Part shown: piece by piece, positions 9,630 to 20,535 of the stretch
Layout: each line of letters begins with the position of its first letter
Numbering within the stretch: position 1 is the stretch's first letter
Source: Meyerozyma guilliermondii
Taxonomy: Eukaryota
DNA: 64,000 nucleotides
Assembly: GCA_051546255.1 (NCBI GenBank)
Contig: CP128815.1
Span: forward strand, 930,001 to 994,000
Reading direction: 5' to 3'
Made by a program: the position numbers and the translations under genes
The notes under the pieces: generated by a model
Databases searched by the model: none
The model's input: only the letters and a program-made list of their open reading frames with translations
What the model was told of the DNA's origin: nothing

Positions 9630-12600
9630 ATGAGCTCTCCCTCAGATTCAAGAGGCTTGTGGCAAAACCAAGGTTCTAGCAGCCGGGATCCAAGTCCGTT
9701 GTCAGCAAGATTCGCTAGTCGACATCTGCTGCGCAGAGTAAGCAGAAACCCATTCGATGACAACTACGTTGATCCTGACGAACATGCTCATCTCACTGCA
9801 AATGTTTCTGGAGATAATTCTTTTCATCAGTCCCCAGATCATTCACACCGCCTATCTATTCTTTCGACCAACCATGCTGATCGTTCTCACACTGCTGCCC
9901 GCCAGTCGTCATCGTTCAATCCGTTTCGTGACCAAGAGCCCAACTCCAACCCTCCTATACCCGAACCCAAATCATTCATAGACGAGGCTACTAAAGCAAG
10001 TGACTTTGAAGCTTTACAAGAAGGCTTGAACTTTGCTCTTGGGTCTCACGATAAGCACGCAAACTGGTTTCCAGTGAATGAAAACAAGAGCTCCGAAGAT
10101 ATACGCCGACATGTCTCCAACACAAGTGCTGAGGCGGATTTGGCACATGCATATCTGAATGATGATGTCTACACTGAAACAATTCCGTTGGAAAATTTAC
10201 CGTCAAACAGCCCACTTCACCAACACCCATCTTTGATTGATTCTTCTTCTACTCCATTTCCATTCCATAAGGTAGATAAGAAAGGTCCCTCCCGTCGTGC
10301 TCCTCCAAACTTGACAGTCATACCTCCCCAAGATTTGGAAAGTGGCCGTCTATCGCCTATGACTCCTCAACTTGCCGTTGGAACCCCAACCTCCAAATTT
10401 GCTGATGTGTTGGTTCGTGTATCAGACCGTATAGCAGGGTCTGGAAACGTAGCCAAATCTCCCACAATTGAAACTCCTCATCTACCACTATCAAGGGAAA
10501 ATTCTAGTCTCATGAAACCCGATGACAATCATTCGTTGCAGCCTCACTATCTGGGTAGAAACGACCTGTTCTCTGAGTATTTGCGTGGGGAAAACAATAG
10601 TGTTCCCGACGTTACGATCACCGATGAAAATAACAAAACGAATCGTGCGGACGATGAGAGTGATTTGGGTGGTCTTGGACTTTATTTGAGCAACGACACA
10701 TTCGCAAACAAACCGAAGCATTCATCACCGAAAAAAGATCACACGGATCAATTGTCTGATCCAGGTACTATTGCCCCGCCCATCGCTAGGTACCCAAAGC
10801 AAGGTGAGTTCCCCATACAAGATTCCCTTTACCTTTACGGAAAATCTTTGAAGATATTTCCTCCTTCATCACCCATAAGACGTTTTGCTTACGGAGTTTC
10901 CTGTAATCTGTTCACGAATCTCTTTCTTTTGGCCTTACTTCTGTTTCAGGTCGTCCTTCTAACTTACAGACAGTGGAATCCTCCAGCTCTTGACGGGTAC
11001 TTCTACTCTGGTTATAACTGGGCAGATTACACTTTGATTGGTGTCAATTTGATCTACACGATAGAGATTATTCTCAAATGTATTGCATTTGGGTTGATAG
11101 ACGATAGCCAGATGTACGCCGAACTAGGAATAGCAAGGGAGATCGATAGAAGGCTGCTTTTCAGACCTTATTACATTATCAAATTTCTCGAGTATCTTCG
11201 ATTGAAAAATCCTCGAAAGCGAAAGTACATTGTGCCTGGTAAAGGTAAGTTTCACGATAGTGCTTATGATTCTAGCGATGAAGGAGATCACGGAATTGAT
11301 AATCTGGGGAATAATGGTAAGGAATCAACCGACCAGGCAAATCGGGGAATCCACACCATTCAGGACAAATATTCTCGGCTGTCCATAGACGAACGAGCAG
11401 GCTTGCTGGAAGGGAATCCGCCTGTAAAGACACAACTATTACCTTCCAATACGTTGATGCTACCAAAGAAAGAGATCGACATTGATGCCTTGCACTTGAA
11501 AAGGGCATACTTGAAGAACAGTTGGCAGCAAGTCGATTTTATTTCCATGGTAACTTTTTGGATATCTTTAGCGTTGTCCATCGATCATTATGATGCCAAA
11601 CACCATATAATGTTGTTTCGTGCTTTGAGCTGCTTGAGAATAGTCAGATTGTGCAATATGACGACTGGTACGACAACAATTTTAACTGCCTGTAGGGCAG
11701 CCTTACCACAGTTGATCGATGTTTCGATCTTCATTGCATGTTTTTGGTTACTTTTTGGCATTATAGGTGTACAGTCTTTCAAGTCGTCACTTACCCGTCA
11801 TTGTGTGTGGACAAATCCACAGAATTCAACTGACACCTTCATTAATAGTGAACAATATTGCGGATCATACACTGATCTTGATGGCACTGCAAGACCCTAT
11901 CTATTTCGAGATGGGACAGAATCAAGTTATGTTAAAGGTTACCGCTGCCCTAAGAACTCAAAATGTATCAGTGGTGACAATCCATATAATGGTACGGTCA
12001 ACTTTGATAATATTTTGCAAAGTATGGAGCTTGTATTCGTTGTCATGAGTGCAAACACTTTTACCGATATCATGTATTACACCATGGATTCTGACAATTT
12101 GGGTGCATGTTTGTTCTTCATATTTTGTATCTTCATCATGACTGTTTGGTTGATTAACATTTTCATTGCGGTTATTGTCACATCCTTTAACATAACAAGA
12201 ATGGAACAACAAGATCAAGAAAAACTGTCAAGAACAAGTACACTTCTATTCTTGAAATTTTTTGATCGTACAGGCAGAAAGAATCTCGCGAGACTTGATG
12301 AATTAAAACGCCTGCATCGACCCTTACGAATCTACTACAAGTTTGAATTTGTTTTCGTAATTGTGATCATTGCGGCCATGTTTACTCAATGTTTTCGAAA
12401 ACATGGCATGGACGATTACAGAAGGCATTTACTTTACCGGTTCGAATGTGTCTATACGGTCATACTTCTTGCTGAGATAGTGATCCGTTTTGCCATGCAT
12501 TTACCTCATTGGAGACTCTTTTTTGTCTCAAATAGAAACTGCTTTGACCTATTTCTAGCGGTCTTTACATTTATTATTATTATTGAACCCGTTAAGGATA

Positions 12601-15600
12601 AATTGGGGCAAGGGTACTATTGGCTCACTGTGTTCCAGCTAATGAGATTCTATCGAGTGGTTTTGGCTACAAGCTTTACACGAGATTTGTGGATGAAAAT
12701 AATGGTCAATTTCCGTGCTCTTTTTGATTTGACATTGTTCTTTTTCATTTTGACTTTTGTGGTCAGTATTATTGTTTCAAGATACTACGAAGGAGCAATT
12801 CCTGTGGATGACATCTCCGATTTGGACTTCCCCTTGCACACCTTGCCCAATACTTTCGTAGGGCTCTACACCATCACTTCAACAGAGAACTGGACAGATG
12901 TACTTTATGGGGTACAAGAGTATGCAACAACGACCTCTTACAGATCTTTTGGATCGGTTCTTTTGATCTGTTGGTTTATCGTGTCGAATATGATCATCTT
13001 GAATATTTTTATTGCCATCATTGCTAAAACCTTGGAAGTTTCTGAAGAAGATAAGCGGAAGGAGCAATTACATCAATTTATGGACAATATGACCACTCGA
13101 CTTCAGACTCTCGAAACTGAAGTGGACTTTTTGTCTAGGTTCAAAAGCAAGTTTTTCAAAAGGAATGCAATTCGTGATGAGCTCGAGAAGGCAGTTGTTA
13201 ATTTGCTTTTGAGTGGAACTGCAGTCAACGACTTTCTTGACACTAACGAAGAGAGCGATTCTGATGACGCTTTAGAAAGAGATAACGGGCTGGTGTCTAC
13301 CCTTTCAACGGTCAAATGGAAACGCTGGATACAAGTACGCATGGCAAGACTAACGAGCCACTTGAGAAATCCTTTCTTTGCAAAACAAACTCATACTCAT
13401 AATGTGACAGATTTTGATCCCGCTGCATTTGCAAAGAACATCATTTCAGATAGAAATGTCTTGATAAGCAAACAAAACAAATTTTTACAAGAGAATCCTA
13501 ATTTCAACAAGGTATTCTATATTTTAGAACCAAGACATCCTGTTAGGCGGTGTTGCCAACGTCTAGTGAAATCCAGTCATGGCGAGAGGATTGATGGAGT
13601 TGAACCAAACAAGAAGGTTTCAGAAGCCATAGTGTTTTTTATGTTTTTGGTTACGCTTGCCTTGGTGATTGCTGCGTGTTACTTAACACCCTTATACCGG
13701 AAGAGTGTTGACCAGGTACATGGAAAGTATAACTGGACTTTTTACTTGGACAACGGATTCTTGGCTATATTCACAATTGAGTTTTTGATCAAGATCTTGG
13801 CTGATGGGCTTATATTCACACCCAATGCCTATGTCATGTCTTCATGGAATATCATCGATCTTTGGGTCCTCTTGGCTTTGTGGATAGAGTTTATTGCCTT
13901 CATGCAAAATGATGGTAACTTATCTCGATTTATTCGAGGTTTTAAGGCTTTGCGAGCATTGCGGTTGTTAACGATAAGTGAAGTTGCAAAAAACAACTTT
14001 CAGCACACCATGATTACTGGTTTCTGGAAGATTATCAATGCTGCTCTTATCTCGCTTTGTTTGCTCTTTCCGTTTTCAATCTGGGGATTGAATGTTTTCA
14101 ATGGGCGATTGGGATACTGTCTCGATGGGTCCTCAGATCAAGATCACTGTCTTAACGAGTACGATAATGAGGTTTTCAACTGGAATATCTACAGTCCTAA
14201 CGTATACACGAATCCACAGTTGGAGTTTAATCGATGGGCCACATCTTTTGCAACTTTCTTTGAAATTGTTTCGCTAGAAGGCTGGACAGACCTTTTGATA
14301 AACGTCATGAAAAGCACCGGTGTTGGCACCCCACAGGAAGACTTTGCTTCACCAATGAATGGATTCATGATAATTCTTTTCAATTTTGTCAGTATGGTTT
14401 TCATTTTGACATTGTTCGTGTCTGTCATTATTAGCAATTATTCCAGAACAACTGGAAGAGCATACATGACCAAAAACCAAATCTCGTGGTATCAAATCAA
14501 GAGGTTTTTGGTACAAGTGAGACCATCAAAGAGAATGAGCCTTGCAGAAATGAGCACCTTTCGCAGATTCTGCTATAGAATGACCGTTGAAAAAAACGTG
14601 AACTGGAGTCGAATTTTGACTTGCGTTTTGACTGCCCAGGTGGCTGCATTGTTAATGGAATGTTTTCCGTCAAGCACTGGATTGGATAAAGCCAGAACGG
14701 CAGTGTACATTTTCGCTTCCACTTTTCTTCTTTTGCAAGCGATTATGAAAATGATTGGGCAAGGCTGGAGAACTTTTGTTAGATACAAGTGGAACACGTT
14801 CAGTTTCTTTGTATCCTTAGGTGCCTTCGTCACCTCTTTGATTGGTCTTTTCATAAGCGCAGAGAGTGCTTTTATCAACATTAACAAGTTATTTTTGGTT
14901 GCAACCTTGACTTTCATCATACCTAGAAGTGACAGGTTGAGTCAACTTTTGCGATTTGCTTCCGCAAGTTTACCGCTGCTTTTGTCGTTGTCTTTCACTT
15001 GGATTGTTGTCTTTTTGGTTTTTGCAATTGCCTTGAACCAAATCTTTGGATTGACCAGAATTGGTCCCAACGGAACTGGCAATCTCAATCTCCGCTCTGT
15101 GCCGAAAGCATTGATTGTTTTGTTCCGGTGCAGTTTCGGGGAAGGTTGGAATTATATTATGGAAGATTACACCATTGAAGCACCATTCTGTTATTCAGCA
15201 CATAGTTTGGACGACAGTGACTGTGGTAACAAACAATATGCATACATCCTATTTATTGCGTGGAACTTAATTTCCATGTACATATTCTTGAATATGTTCG
15301 TTTCTTTGATTTTGGACAGTTTCAGTTACATCAACAGTGCAACTGCTTATAGTCATTTAATTGACCGAGAAGAAGTCAGAGAATTCAAACGTACATGGCA
15401 AAAGTTTGATCCAGAAGGTACTGGATATATACGCCCATATTATTTGCCAAAGCTTTTGCATTCTTTAAATGGTGCTATATCATTCCACTTCTATTCTGGG
15501 TCCCTCACTATTCCTGAGTTGTGTAAGAAATGGATTACCAGAAATGACATTAACAATCCCTATGATATCACTATCAACTATAGTGCCGTTGAAGGAACCA

Positions 15601-16304
15601 TGCAGTCAATGGATATTGAGAAAATTAGAGAAAGGCGAAAGTTGTACGAAATGTTCATTGAAGAAGCACTTTTAACTATGGAACTCAATCAAGATCCTGG
15701 GATTTCTTTCACAAGAATATTGCTTCAGTTGCCGTTATACACCTATTTCGAAGCTGGAAGTTGTCTTGACTTGATTGATTTCTTAGAGAGAAGACTCCTT
15801 TTACAGAAGGTCAAGAAAAGGCTTCACACGAAGCGAGTCTACGAGACAATTGCAGCTTATTCTTGTCGTTGGAAGTATGCAAAGGATAGGCGATTAGGCA
15901 TCCGTGATACCAACATTGATTTCACAGAAAACTTGCGGAGATCAAGTTACTTGAGTACCGAGTATCCTGAGTCGCGGTCGTCTGGCTCTGACAGAAGCAG
16001 TCGAGTAGTTGATGACTTCACCACCATCCCACGAAAACCTGATTTGTTCAATGATGATGAGGCTGCTTCACCACTTCTTGAGGAAGACAAGATGTACATC
16101 CCCAACTCTCCGTTGCATACCTATAATGGAAAGGGTTCCAGAGAGGGCGGAAGTGTTTCGAATGTTCCGAAATTTGAAGTACATGACATGGGGCTGATTG
16201 ACACTTTTGAACTGCCGTTTGCAGATCCACAAAGAGGAAAGAGAAAAAGAGATAAGAATCTCTCGCTAATAGATTTGACGTTAGACGAAGAGGGTCAGAA
16301 GTAA
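9630..16304 (+). CDS. CCH1: High-affinity Ca2+ channel pore subunit Cch1
   Basis: 2224 aa, four channel domains; pore loops SANTF / STENW / SLEGW / FGEGW (N-E-E-E filter); S4-like FRALSCLRIVRL and KALRALRLL; EF-hand-like WQKFDPEGTGYI. Confidence 0.97.
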   Translation: MSSPSDSRGLWQNQGSSSRDPSPLSARFASRHLLRRVSRNPFDDNYVDPDEHAHLTANVSGDNSFHQSPDHSHRLSILSTNHADRSHTAARQSSSFNPFRDQEPNSNPPIPEPKSFIDEATKASDFEALQEGLNFALGSHDKHANWFPVNENKSSEDIRRHVSNTSAEADLAHAYLNDDVYTETIPLENLPSNSPLHQHPSLIDSSSTPFPFHKVDKKGPSRRAPPNLTVIPPQDLESGRLSPMTPQLAVGTPTSKFADVLVRVSDRIAGSGNVAKSPTIETPHLPLSRENSSLMKPDDNHSLQPHYLGRNDLFSEYLRGENNSVPDVTITDENNKTNRADDESDLGGLGLYLSNDTFANKPKHSSPKKDHTDQLSDPGTIAPPIARYPKQGEFPIQDSLYLYGKSLKIFPPSSPIRRFAYGVSCNLFTNLFLLALLLFQVVLLTYRQWNPPALDGYFYSGYNWADYTLIGVNLIYTIEIILKCIAFGLIDDSQMYAELGIAREIDRRLLFRPYYIIKFLEYLRLKNPRKRKYIVPGKGKFHDSAYDSSDEGDHGIDNLGNNGKESTDQANRGIHTIQDKYSRLSIDERAGLLEGNPPVKTQLLPSNTLMLPKKEIDIDALHLKRAYLKNSWQQVDFISMVTFWISLALSIDHYDAKHHIMLFRALSCLRIVRLCNMTTGTTTILTACRAALPQLIDVSIFIACFWLLFGIIGVQSFKSSLTRHCVWTNPQNSTDTFINSEQYCGSYTDLDGTARPYLFRDGTESSYVKGYRCPKNSKCISGDNPYNGTVNFDNILQSMELVFVVMSANTFTDIMYYTMDSDNLGACLFFIFCIFIMTVWLINIFIAVIVTSFNITRMEQQDQEKLSRTSTLLFLKFFDRTGRKNLARLDELKRLHRPLRIYYKFEFVFVIVIIAAMFTQCFRKHGMDDYRRHLLYRFECVYTVILLAEIVIRFAMHLPHWRLFFVSNRNCFDLFLAVFTFIIIIEPVKDKLGQGYYWLTVFQLMRFYRVVLATSFTRDLWMKIMVNFRALFDLTLFFFILTFVVSIIVSRYYEGAIPVDDISDLDFPLHTLPNTFVGLYTITSTENWTDVLYGVQEYATTTSYRSFGSVLLICWFIVSNMIILNIFIAIIAKTLEVSEEDKRKEQLHQFMDNMTTRLQTLETEVDFLSRFKSKFFKRNAIRDELEKAVVNLLLSGTAVNDFLDTNEESDSDDALERDNGLVSTLSTVKWKRWIQVRMARLTSHLRNPFFAKQTHTHNVTDFDPAAFAKNIISDRNVLISKQNKFLQENPNFNKVFYILEPRHPVRRCCQRLVKSSHGERIDGVEPNKKVSEAIVFFMFLVTLALVIAACYLTPLYRKSVDQVHGKYNWTFYLDNGFLAIFTIEFLIKILADGLIFTPNAYVMSSWNIIDLWVLLALWIEFIAFMQNDGNLSRFIRGFKALRALRLLTISEVAKNNFQHTMITGFWKIINAALISLCLLFPFSIWGLNVFNGRLGYCLDGSSDQDHCLNEYDNEVFNWNIYSPNVYTNPQLEFNRWATSFATFFEIVSLEGWTDLLINVMKSTGVGTPQEDFASPMNGFMIILFNFVSMVFILTLFVSVIISNYSRTTGRAYMTKNQISWYQIKRFLVQVRPSKRMSLAEMSTFRRFCYRMTVEKNVNWSRILTCVLTAQVAALLMECFPSSTGLDKARTAVYIFASTFLLLQAIMKMIGQGWRTFVRYKWNTFSFFVSLGAFVTSLIGLFISAESAFININKLFLVATLTFIIPRSDRLSQLLRFASASLPLLLSLSFTWIVVFLVFAIALNQIFGLTRIGPNGTGNLNLRSVPKALIVLFRCSFGEGWNYIMEDYTIEAPFCYSAHSLDDSDCGNKQYAYILFIAWNLISMYIFLNMFVSLILDSFSYINSATAYSHLIDREEVREFKRTWQKFDPEGTGYIRPYYLPKLLHSLNGAISFHFYSGSLTIPELCKKWITRNDINNPYDITINYSAVEGTMQSMDIEKIRERRKLYEMFIEEALLTMELNQDPGISFTRILLQLPLYTYFEAGSCLDLIDFLERRLLLQKVKKRLHTKRVYETIAAYSCRWKYAKDRRLGIRDTNIDFTENLRRSSYLSTEYPESRSSGSDRSSRVVDDFTTIPRKPDLFNDDEAASPLLEEDKMYIPNSPLHTYNGKGSREGGSVSNVPKFEVHDMGLIDTFELPFADPQRGKRKRDKNLSLIDLTLDEEGQK

Positions 16305-16361
16305 CCCTAAACACTAGTAAAACCAGAATACATGCATTTATTACAAGCAATCTATAATGAG

Positions 16362-17828
16362 TTAATCAGTTTTGATATCGTTCAACCCCAAATCCTCGTT
16401 TTGCTCATGAGTTCTCTCAAACTCCTCAATGGTCATATTTGGGTCATTATCAGGCGCATACACGTTTTGAATGTAAGAAGCTGCCAAGGGGTCTACCATA
16501 ACAATTGTAAATCCTATCTTTCCGTCAATCGCATCCTGCAATCTTGCGAAAAAAGTTGTCCATCTTGTTTTGGTGGCATCGTCCATTGAATCAGAAGTTT
16601 GCGTGAAAACACGGCCATGTAATTCCTCGTAGACCTGAGTCAATAAACCCTCGATAGTGGTAAAACGCCCACCTAAGGTTCCTGGGGTCAAATCCAAGTT
16701 TAACTCGGGGATAACCAAGCCACAGGTTTCGCTCTTAAGGATGTCTCTAGCCAAATCCTCGGGGTCTGTAACCTTCAATGTGACCTTACGTCCATGAGAA
16801 GGAATTTCACCTCCAGTTTTGACTTCGTTGGACCTGAATCCACAGTTATCACACACTGTCGACATGATAATAACGTCCTTAAAATGAGGAATATTCACCG
16901 TCTTCATATGAGTCTCACAGGGCTTGAAACAAGATGAACATGTAGCATGGAAAGTTTGAACCTCATTGGCGAGGTTCTCAATGTCACTAGCATCTCCTGG
17001 GCGAGTTTCATCCTCCTTAAGATTCGAGGAAACGTTCGACTTGGTAGCTTCCTTCTTAGCAGAAGCCTCTTTGAGACGATGTTGAGCCACCTCATCGGCT
17101 GATATTAAGCCAAGGAACACATTTTGTTCTGCAGTTCTATTGTACTCGTACATGGACCATTTATGACTTGGTTCATCGGGAACATATTCGATCCAAGAGT
17201 TTCCTGATGGGTCGTCGACAGTAAATGTCAAGGGTAAAGTTCCGGGTTCACCATTAATGTAAGCTCTTACCTTGGCAATAATCTCTGCAATTTTCTCGTA
17301 AACTTCAGGTTGAGCTTCCTTTCTGGCAGGCTGATCAGACTCCAAATCATCAATCATCTCTGTTAACAATCCCTCAACATTAGTCAACTGGCCTCTCTTG
17401 GGTGGAATTTCTATGTCAAGTTCGGCGAATTTACATGTTGCTGTTTCAGATTTAACAACTTGACGACTAAAATCTTCCTTATTTTCGATTTTCAAGAGGT
17501 ATCTGGAACCCTTTTCTGCGATTTGAGCAGCTGGTTGAATTTCGGAGTTTTTAAATCCGCAGTGAGGACATTCGAAAGACATCACTATAATCTCTCTGAA
17601 ATACGGAATCTTGGTCAAAAGCATTCTTGTCGTACCATTTTCATGACAGTTCATACACATACTTTCAATCTCTTGAACCGGATGTCCCTGAGCGTCCTCC
17701 GCACCAGTCTGCATCAACCCTTCATTTTGCTGAAACTCGTCGACCTGCTCTCCGACATTCTGAAAATTGTCGCCCATAATCTTCGTTCTCTTGTCTTTTT
17801 CACGGGGATCGATGTCGGATCTCTTCAT
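16362..17828 (-). CDS. ZPR1: Zinc-finger protein Zpr1 (eEF1A chaperone)
   Basis: Two ZPR1 repeats: SMCMNC...IPYFREII.MSFECPHCG and CSSC...IPHFKDVIIMSTVCDNCG; DPSGNSWI; GGRFTTIEGLL. Confidence 0.97.
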   Translation of the reverse strand: MKRSDIDPREKDKRTKIMGDNFQNVGEQVDEFQQNEGLMQTGAEDAQGHPVQEIESMCMNCHENGTTRMLLTKIPYFREIIVMSFECPHCGFKNSEIQPAAQIAEKGSRYLLKIENKEDFSRQVVKSETATCKFAELDIEIPPKRGQLTNVEGLLTEMIDDLESDQPARKEAQPEVYEKIAEIIAKVRAYINGEPGTLPLTFTVDDPSGNSWIEYVPDEPSHKWSMYEYNRTAEQNVFLGLISADEVAQHRLKEASAKKEATKSNVSSNLKEDETRPGDASDIENLANEVQTFHATCSSCFKPCETHMKTVNIPHFKDVIIMSTVCDNCGFRSNEVKTGGEIPSHGRKVTLKVTDPEDLARDILKSETCGLVIPELNLDLTPGTLGGRFTTIEGLLTQVYEELHGRVFTQTSDSMDDATKTRWTTFFARLQDAIDGKIGFTIVMVDPLAASYIQNVYAPDNDPNMTIEEFERTHEQNEDLGLNDIKTD

Positions 17829-17837
17829 GAATTCGAT

Positions 17838-17845
17838 GCGATGAG
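17838..17845 (+). promoter_or_regulatory. PAC element (GCGATGAG) just upstream of ZPR1
   Basis: Exact PAC consensus ~10 nt from the ZPR1 ATG; RRPE-like TGAAAATTT near 17989. Confidence 0.6.
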
Positions 17846-18168
17846 CTGATTAATTAACTATGTGTTACGTAATTCACCACCATCGATTACGTACGCGATG
17901 GAAGCTTCGCGGAGACAATAGACTTTTCTTTTTCCTTGGACTCATTTCCTGCACGCGGCTGACGGCACAACACGAGATTTTGCAAGCATGAAAATTTGAT
18001 GTCCAATAGATTAGCACTGAGAGCGTGAAACTGCCTGATAAACCACAAACTTCTCCTGGATTAGTTCGGGTAAAATTGTAAAAATTCAAATTAAGTCGGT
18101 CTTTCTGCAATAAATACTTCGATTGGGAGCCTCCAAGGTTGCAGCCTCGTTACGTAATCGATCTGAAG

Positions 18169-18204
18169 AAACTGTGGTTACAAAAAAGTGCGGAGGACTG
18201 TGGC
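18169..18204 (+). promoter_or_regulatory. Met31/Met32-type sites upstream of MET30
   Basis: AAACTGTGG at 18169-18177 and ACTGTGGC at 18197-18204. Confidence 0.6.
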
Positions 18205-18406
18205 TACTAATTGATAGATAACCTTCAAACAATAGCAACTGTTTTGACCAGCTTTGGTATTTTTGTGGCGTTGTTTATACGCGTTTCTTGCTCCGTCAAG
18301 TGAAATATTTATACAGCTCGTCTATTTGAAATTAAATACTGTTTCTTTACTACAGTGAACACCTCAAGGTTTACACATCTATAATATCTAAGCAACTCCT
18401 GAGATA

Positions 18407-20422
18407 ATGAATTTTTCGGAGCCTTGTGACGATACCAAGTCTAACACTACGGAAAATTTTCACCAAATATTGCATAACGGCGTCGCTAGTCAAGACTTCA
18501 TTCACAGCTCACCATCAGCGGGTACCACTAAATCGAACCTCATCGAACGGAACTCCACAATCTCTGAGTCTGCCTCTGCTAGTGAGTCTGCCACCGAGAG
18601 CACAGGAAGTGGTTTACACCGCAATCGAAACGTGTCGGTTGTTACTCCATTTCTTGCCAAGCATCTCAGCGACCAGAACCAAATTCCACGAGATAACTAT
18701 TACAGATACTGTTATCGCCACAATCCAGAAGTCACTTGCAACAAAGAAGCCGACGACAGCAAGATGACATATATTCAGAAGAGTCTCGAAAAACTTCCAT
18801 CCAGAGACCAGGAAGCCATCAACCATGTATGGTCCATCTTCAATGCAGCTCCAGATACTCATCGAAGGCTTATTCTTCGTGGGATGCTCTCACAGTGTTG
18901 CTTTCCTCAGCTTTCCTTTGTTTCCCAGGAGGTCAGCTCTCTCATTCGCATAGATTTCCTTTCGGCATTGCCATCTGAAATCTCACTAAAGATTCTCTGT
19001 TACTTGGACTGTGCTTCTCTTTGCAACGCAGCGCAAGTTTCAAGAAAATGGAAGTCTTTGGCAGATGATGATAGAGTATGGCACCATATGTGTGAGCAAC
19101 ACATTGATAGAAAGTGCCCCAATTGTGGATGGGGTCTTCCCTTGATGCATATGAAGCGTGCACGAGAAATGAACGACGAAGATTCAAAGCTGAGCGCATC
19201 TCCTGTGACTTCTCCAACTTCTACCATGTCTTCCGTTGGTGAAAAACGTGAGCATGAAAGTGATGAAGTTGAAAATGAATTAAAGAGAATAAAAATGTCA
19301 CAAAATGAGCACGCTCGTCAGAAGAAGGTTTTGAAGAAGCGTCCTTGGAAGTCAGTTTATAGTGAGCGATACAAGCTCGAGAAAAACTGGCGGAAAGGTT
19401 TATGTACCATCAAAACTTTCCAGGGACACACCGATGGTGTCACATGCTTGCAGTTCAATCAAAAGTATTTGATGACTGGATCTTACGATGCCACTGTGAA
19501 GATCTGGAGAGTTGACACAGGTGAATGCATAAGGACTTTAACTGGTCACAAGAAGGGAATCCGCTCGTTGGCATTTGATGGCCAGAAGTTGATTACCAGT
19601 GGACTTGATTCGACGATTAAGGTCTGGAACTATCATACTGGTAACTGCATTTCAACTTATAGAGGGCATACGGATGCTGTGGTTAGTGTTGATTTCCTGA
19701 ACAAGACAATAGTGTCTGGATCTGCTGACCATACAGTGAAGGTGTGGCATGTTGATTCTCGAACATGCTACACCTTGAGGGGCCACACGGATTGGGTGAA
19801 CTCAGTAAAGATTCATGCATTGTCCAACACTGTTTTCAGTGCATCTGATGATACAACAGTGCGTATGTGGGACCTTGAAAACAACAATTGTCTTCGAGTC
19901 TTTGGAGGAGTCAATAATAATGGTCATATTGGACAAGTTCAATGCGTGATTCCGTTTATTTACAATAACGAATTGGTCGAAGACGTTTATGAGAGCGATA
20001 CAGGATTGAACCAACCCAGCAGAAGTAACGAAAGTGTCAATCTTTCTGGAGATTCCGATCCATCAGAGCAGTTTGCAAGTGATAGCGAGATCAATAACAC
20101 CCCACTTCCCGAAAAGCTGGGTTATCCAACGCACTTGTTAACTTGTTCTCTCGATAACACTATCAAGCTTTGGGAAGTTAAATCTGGAAAATGTATCAGA
20201 ACTCAATTTGGCCATATCGACGTTGTGTGGTCTTTAAGTGCTGATACATTTAGGATTATAAGTGGCGCTCACGATCGCTTAGTAAAGGTTTGGGATTTGC
20301 AAAATGGTCGTTGCTTACACACTTTCAGCAACAATTCTAGCGTGAGTTGCGTCGGATTGAGCGATTCCCGCTTTGCAGCTGGATTGGAGAATGGTACTGT
20401 GAAAATGTGGTCGTTTGATTGA
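18407..20422 (+). CDS. MET30: F-box/WD40 protein Met30 (SCF substrate adaptor, sulfur regulation)
   Basis: YCYRHNP, LSQCCFPQLS, F-box IDFLSALPSEISLKILCYLD, LADDDRVWHHMCEQHIDRKCPNCGWGLPLM, WD40 repeats. Confidence 0.96.
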   Translation: MNFSEPCDDTKSNTTENFHQILHNGVASQDFIHSSPSAGTTKSNLIERNSTISESASASESATESTGSGLHRNRNVSVVTPFLAKHLSDQNQIPRDNYYRYCYRHNPEVTCNKEADDSKMTYIQKSLEKLPSRDQEAINHVWSIFNAAPDTHRRLILRGMLSQCCFPQLSFVSQEVSSLIRIDFLSALPSEISLKILCYLDCASLCNAAQVSRKWKSLADDDRVWHHMCEQHIDRKCPNCGWGLPLMHMKRAREMNDEDSKLSASPVTSPTSTMSSVGEKREHESDEVENELKRIKMSQNEHARQKKVLKKRPWKSVYSERYKLEKNWRKGLCTIKTFQGHTDGVTCLQFNQKYLMTGSYDATVKIWRVDTGECIRTLTGHKKGIRSLAFDGQKLITSGLDSTIKVWNYHTGNCISTYRGHTDAVVSVDFLNKTIVSGSADHTVKVWHVDSRTCYTLRGHTDWVNSVKIHALSNTVFSASDDTTVRMWDLENNNCLRVFGGVNNNGHIGQVQCVIPFIYNNELVEDVYESDTGLNQPSRSNESVNLSGDSDPSEQFASDSEINNTPLPEKLGYPTHLLTCSLDNTIKLWEVKSGKCIRTQFGHIDVVWSLSADTFRIISGAHDRLVKVWDLQNGRCLHTFSNNSSVSCVGLSDSRFAAGLENGTVKMWSFD

Positions 20423-20535
20423 CCTTGTATTATTATTTTGTGTATATTATCTATCACCGGAAAACATAATGCTTAAAACTAAGGGTGAGGCCATCATCGT
20501 CCAACTTTTATCTATAACCTGTGAACGATGTATCA

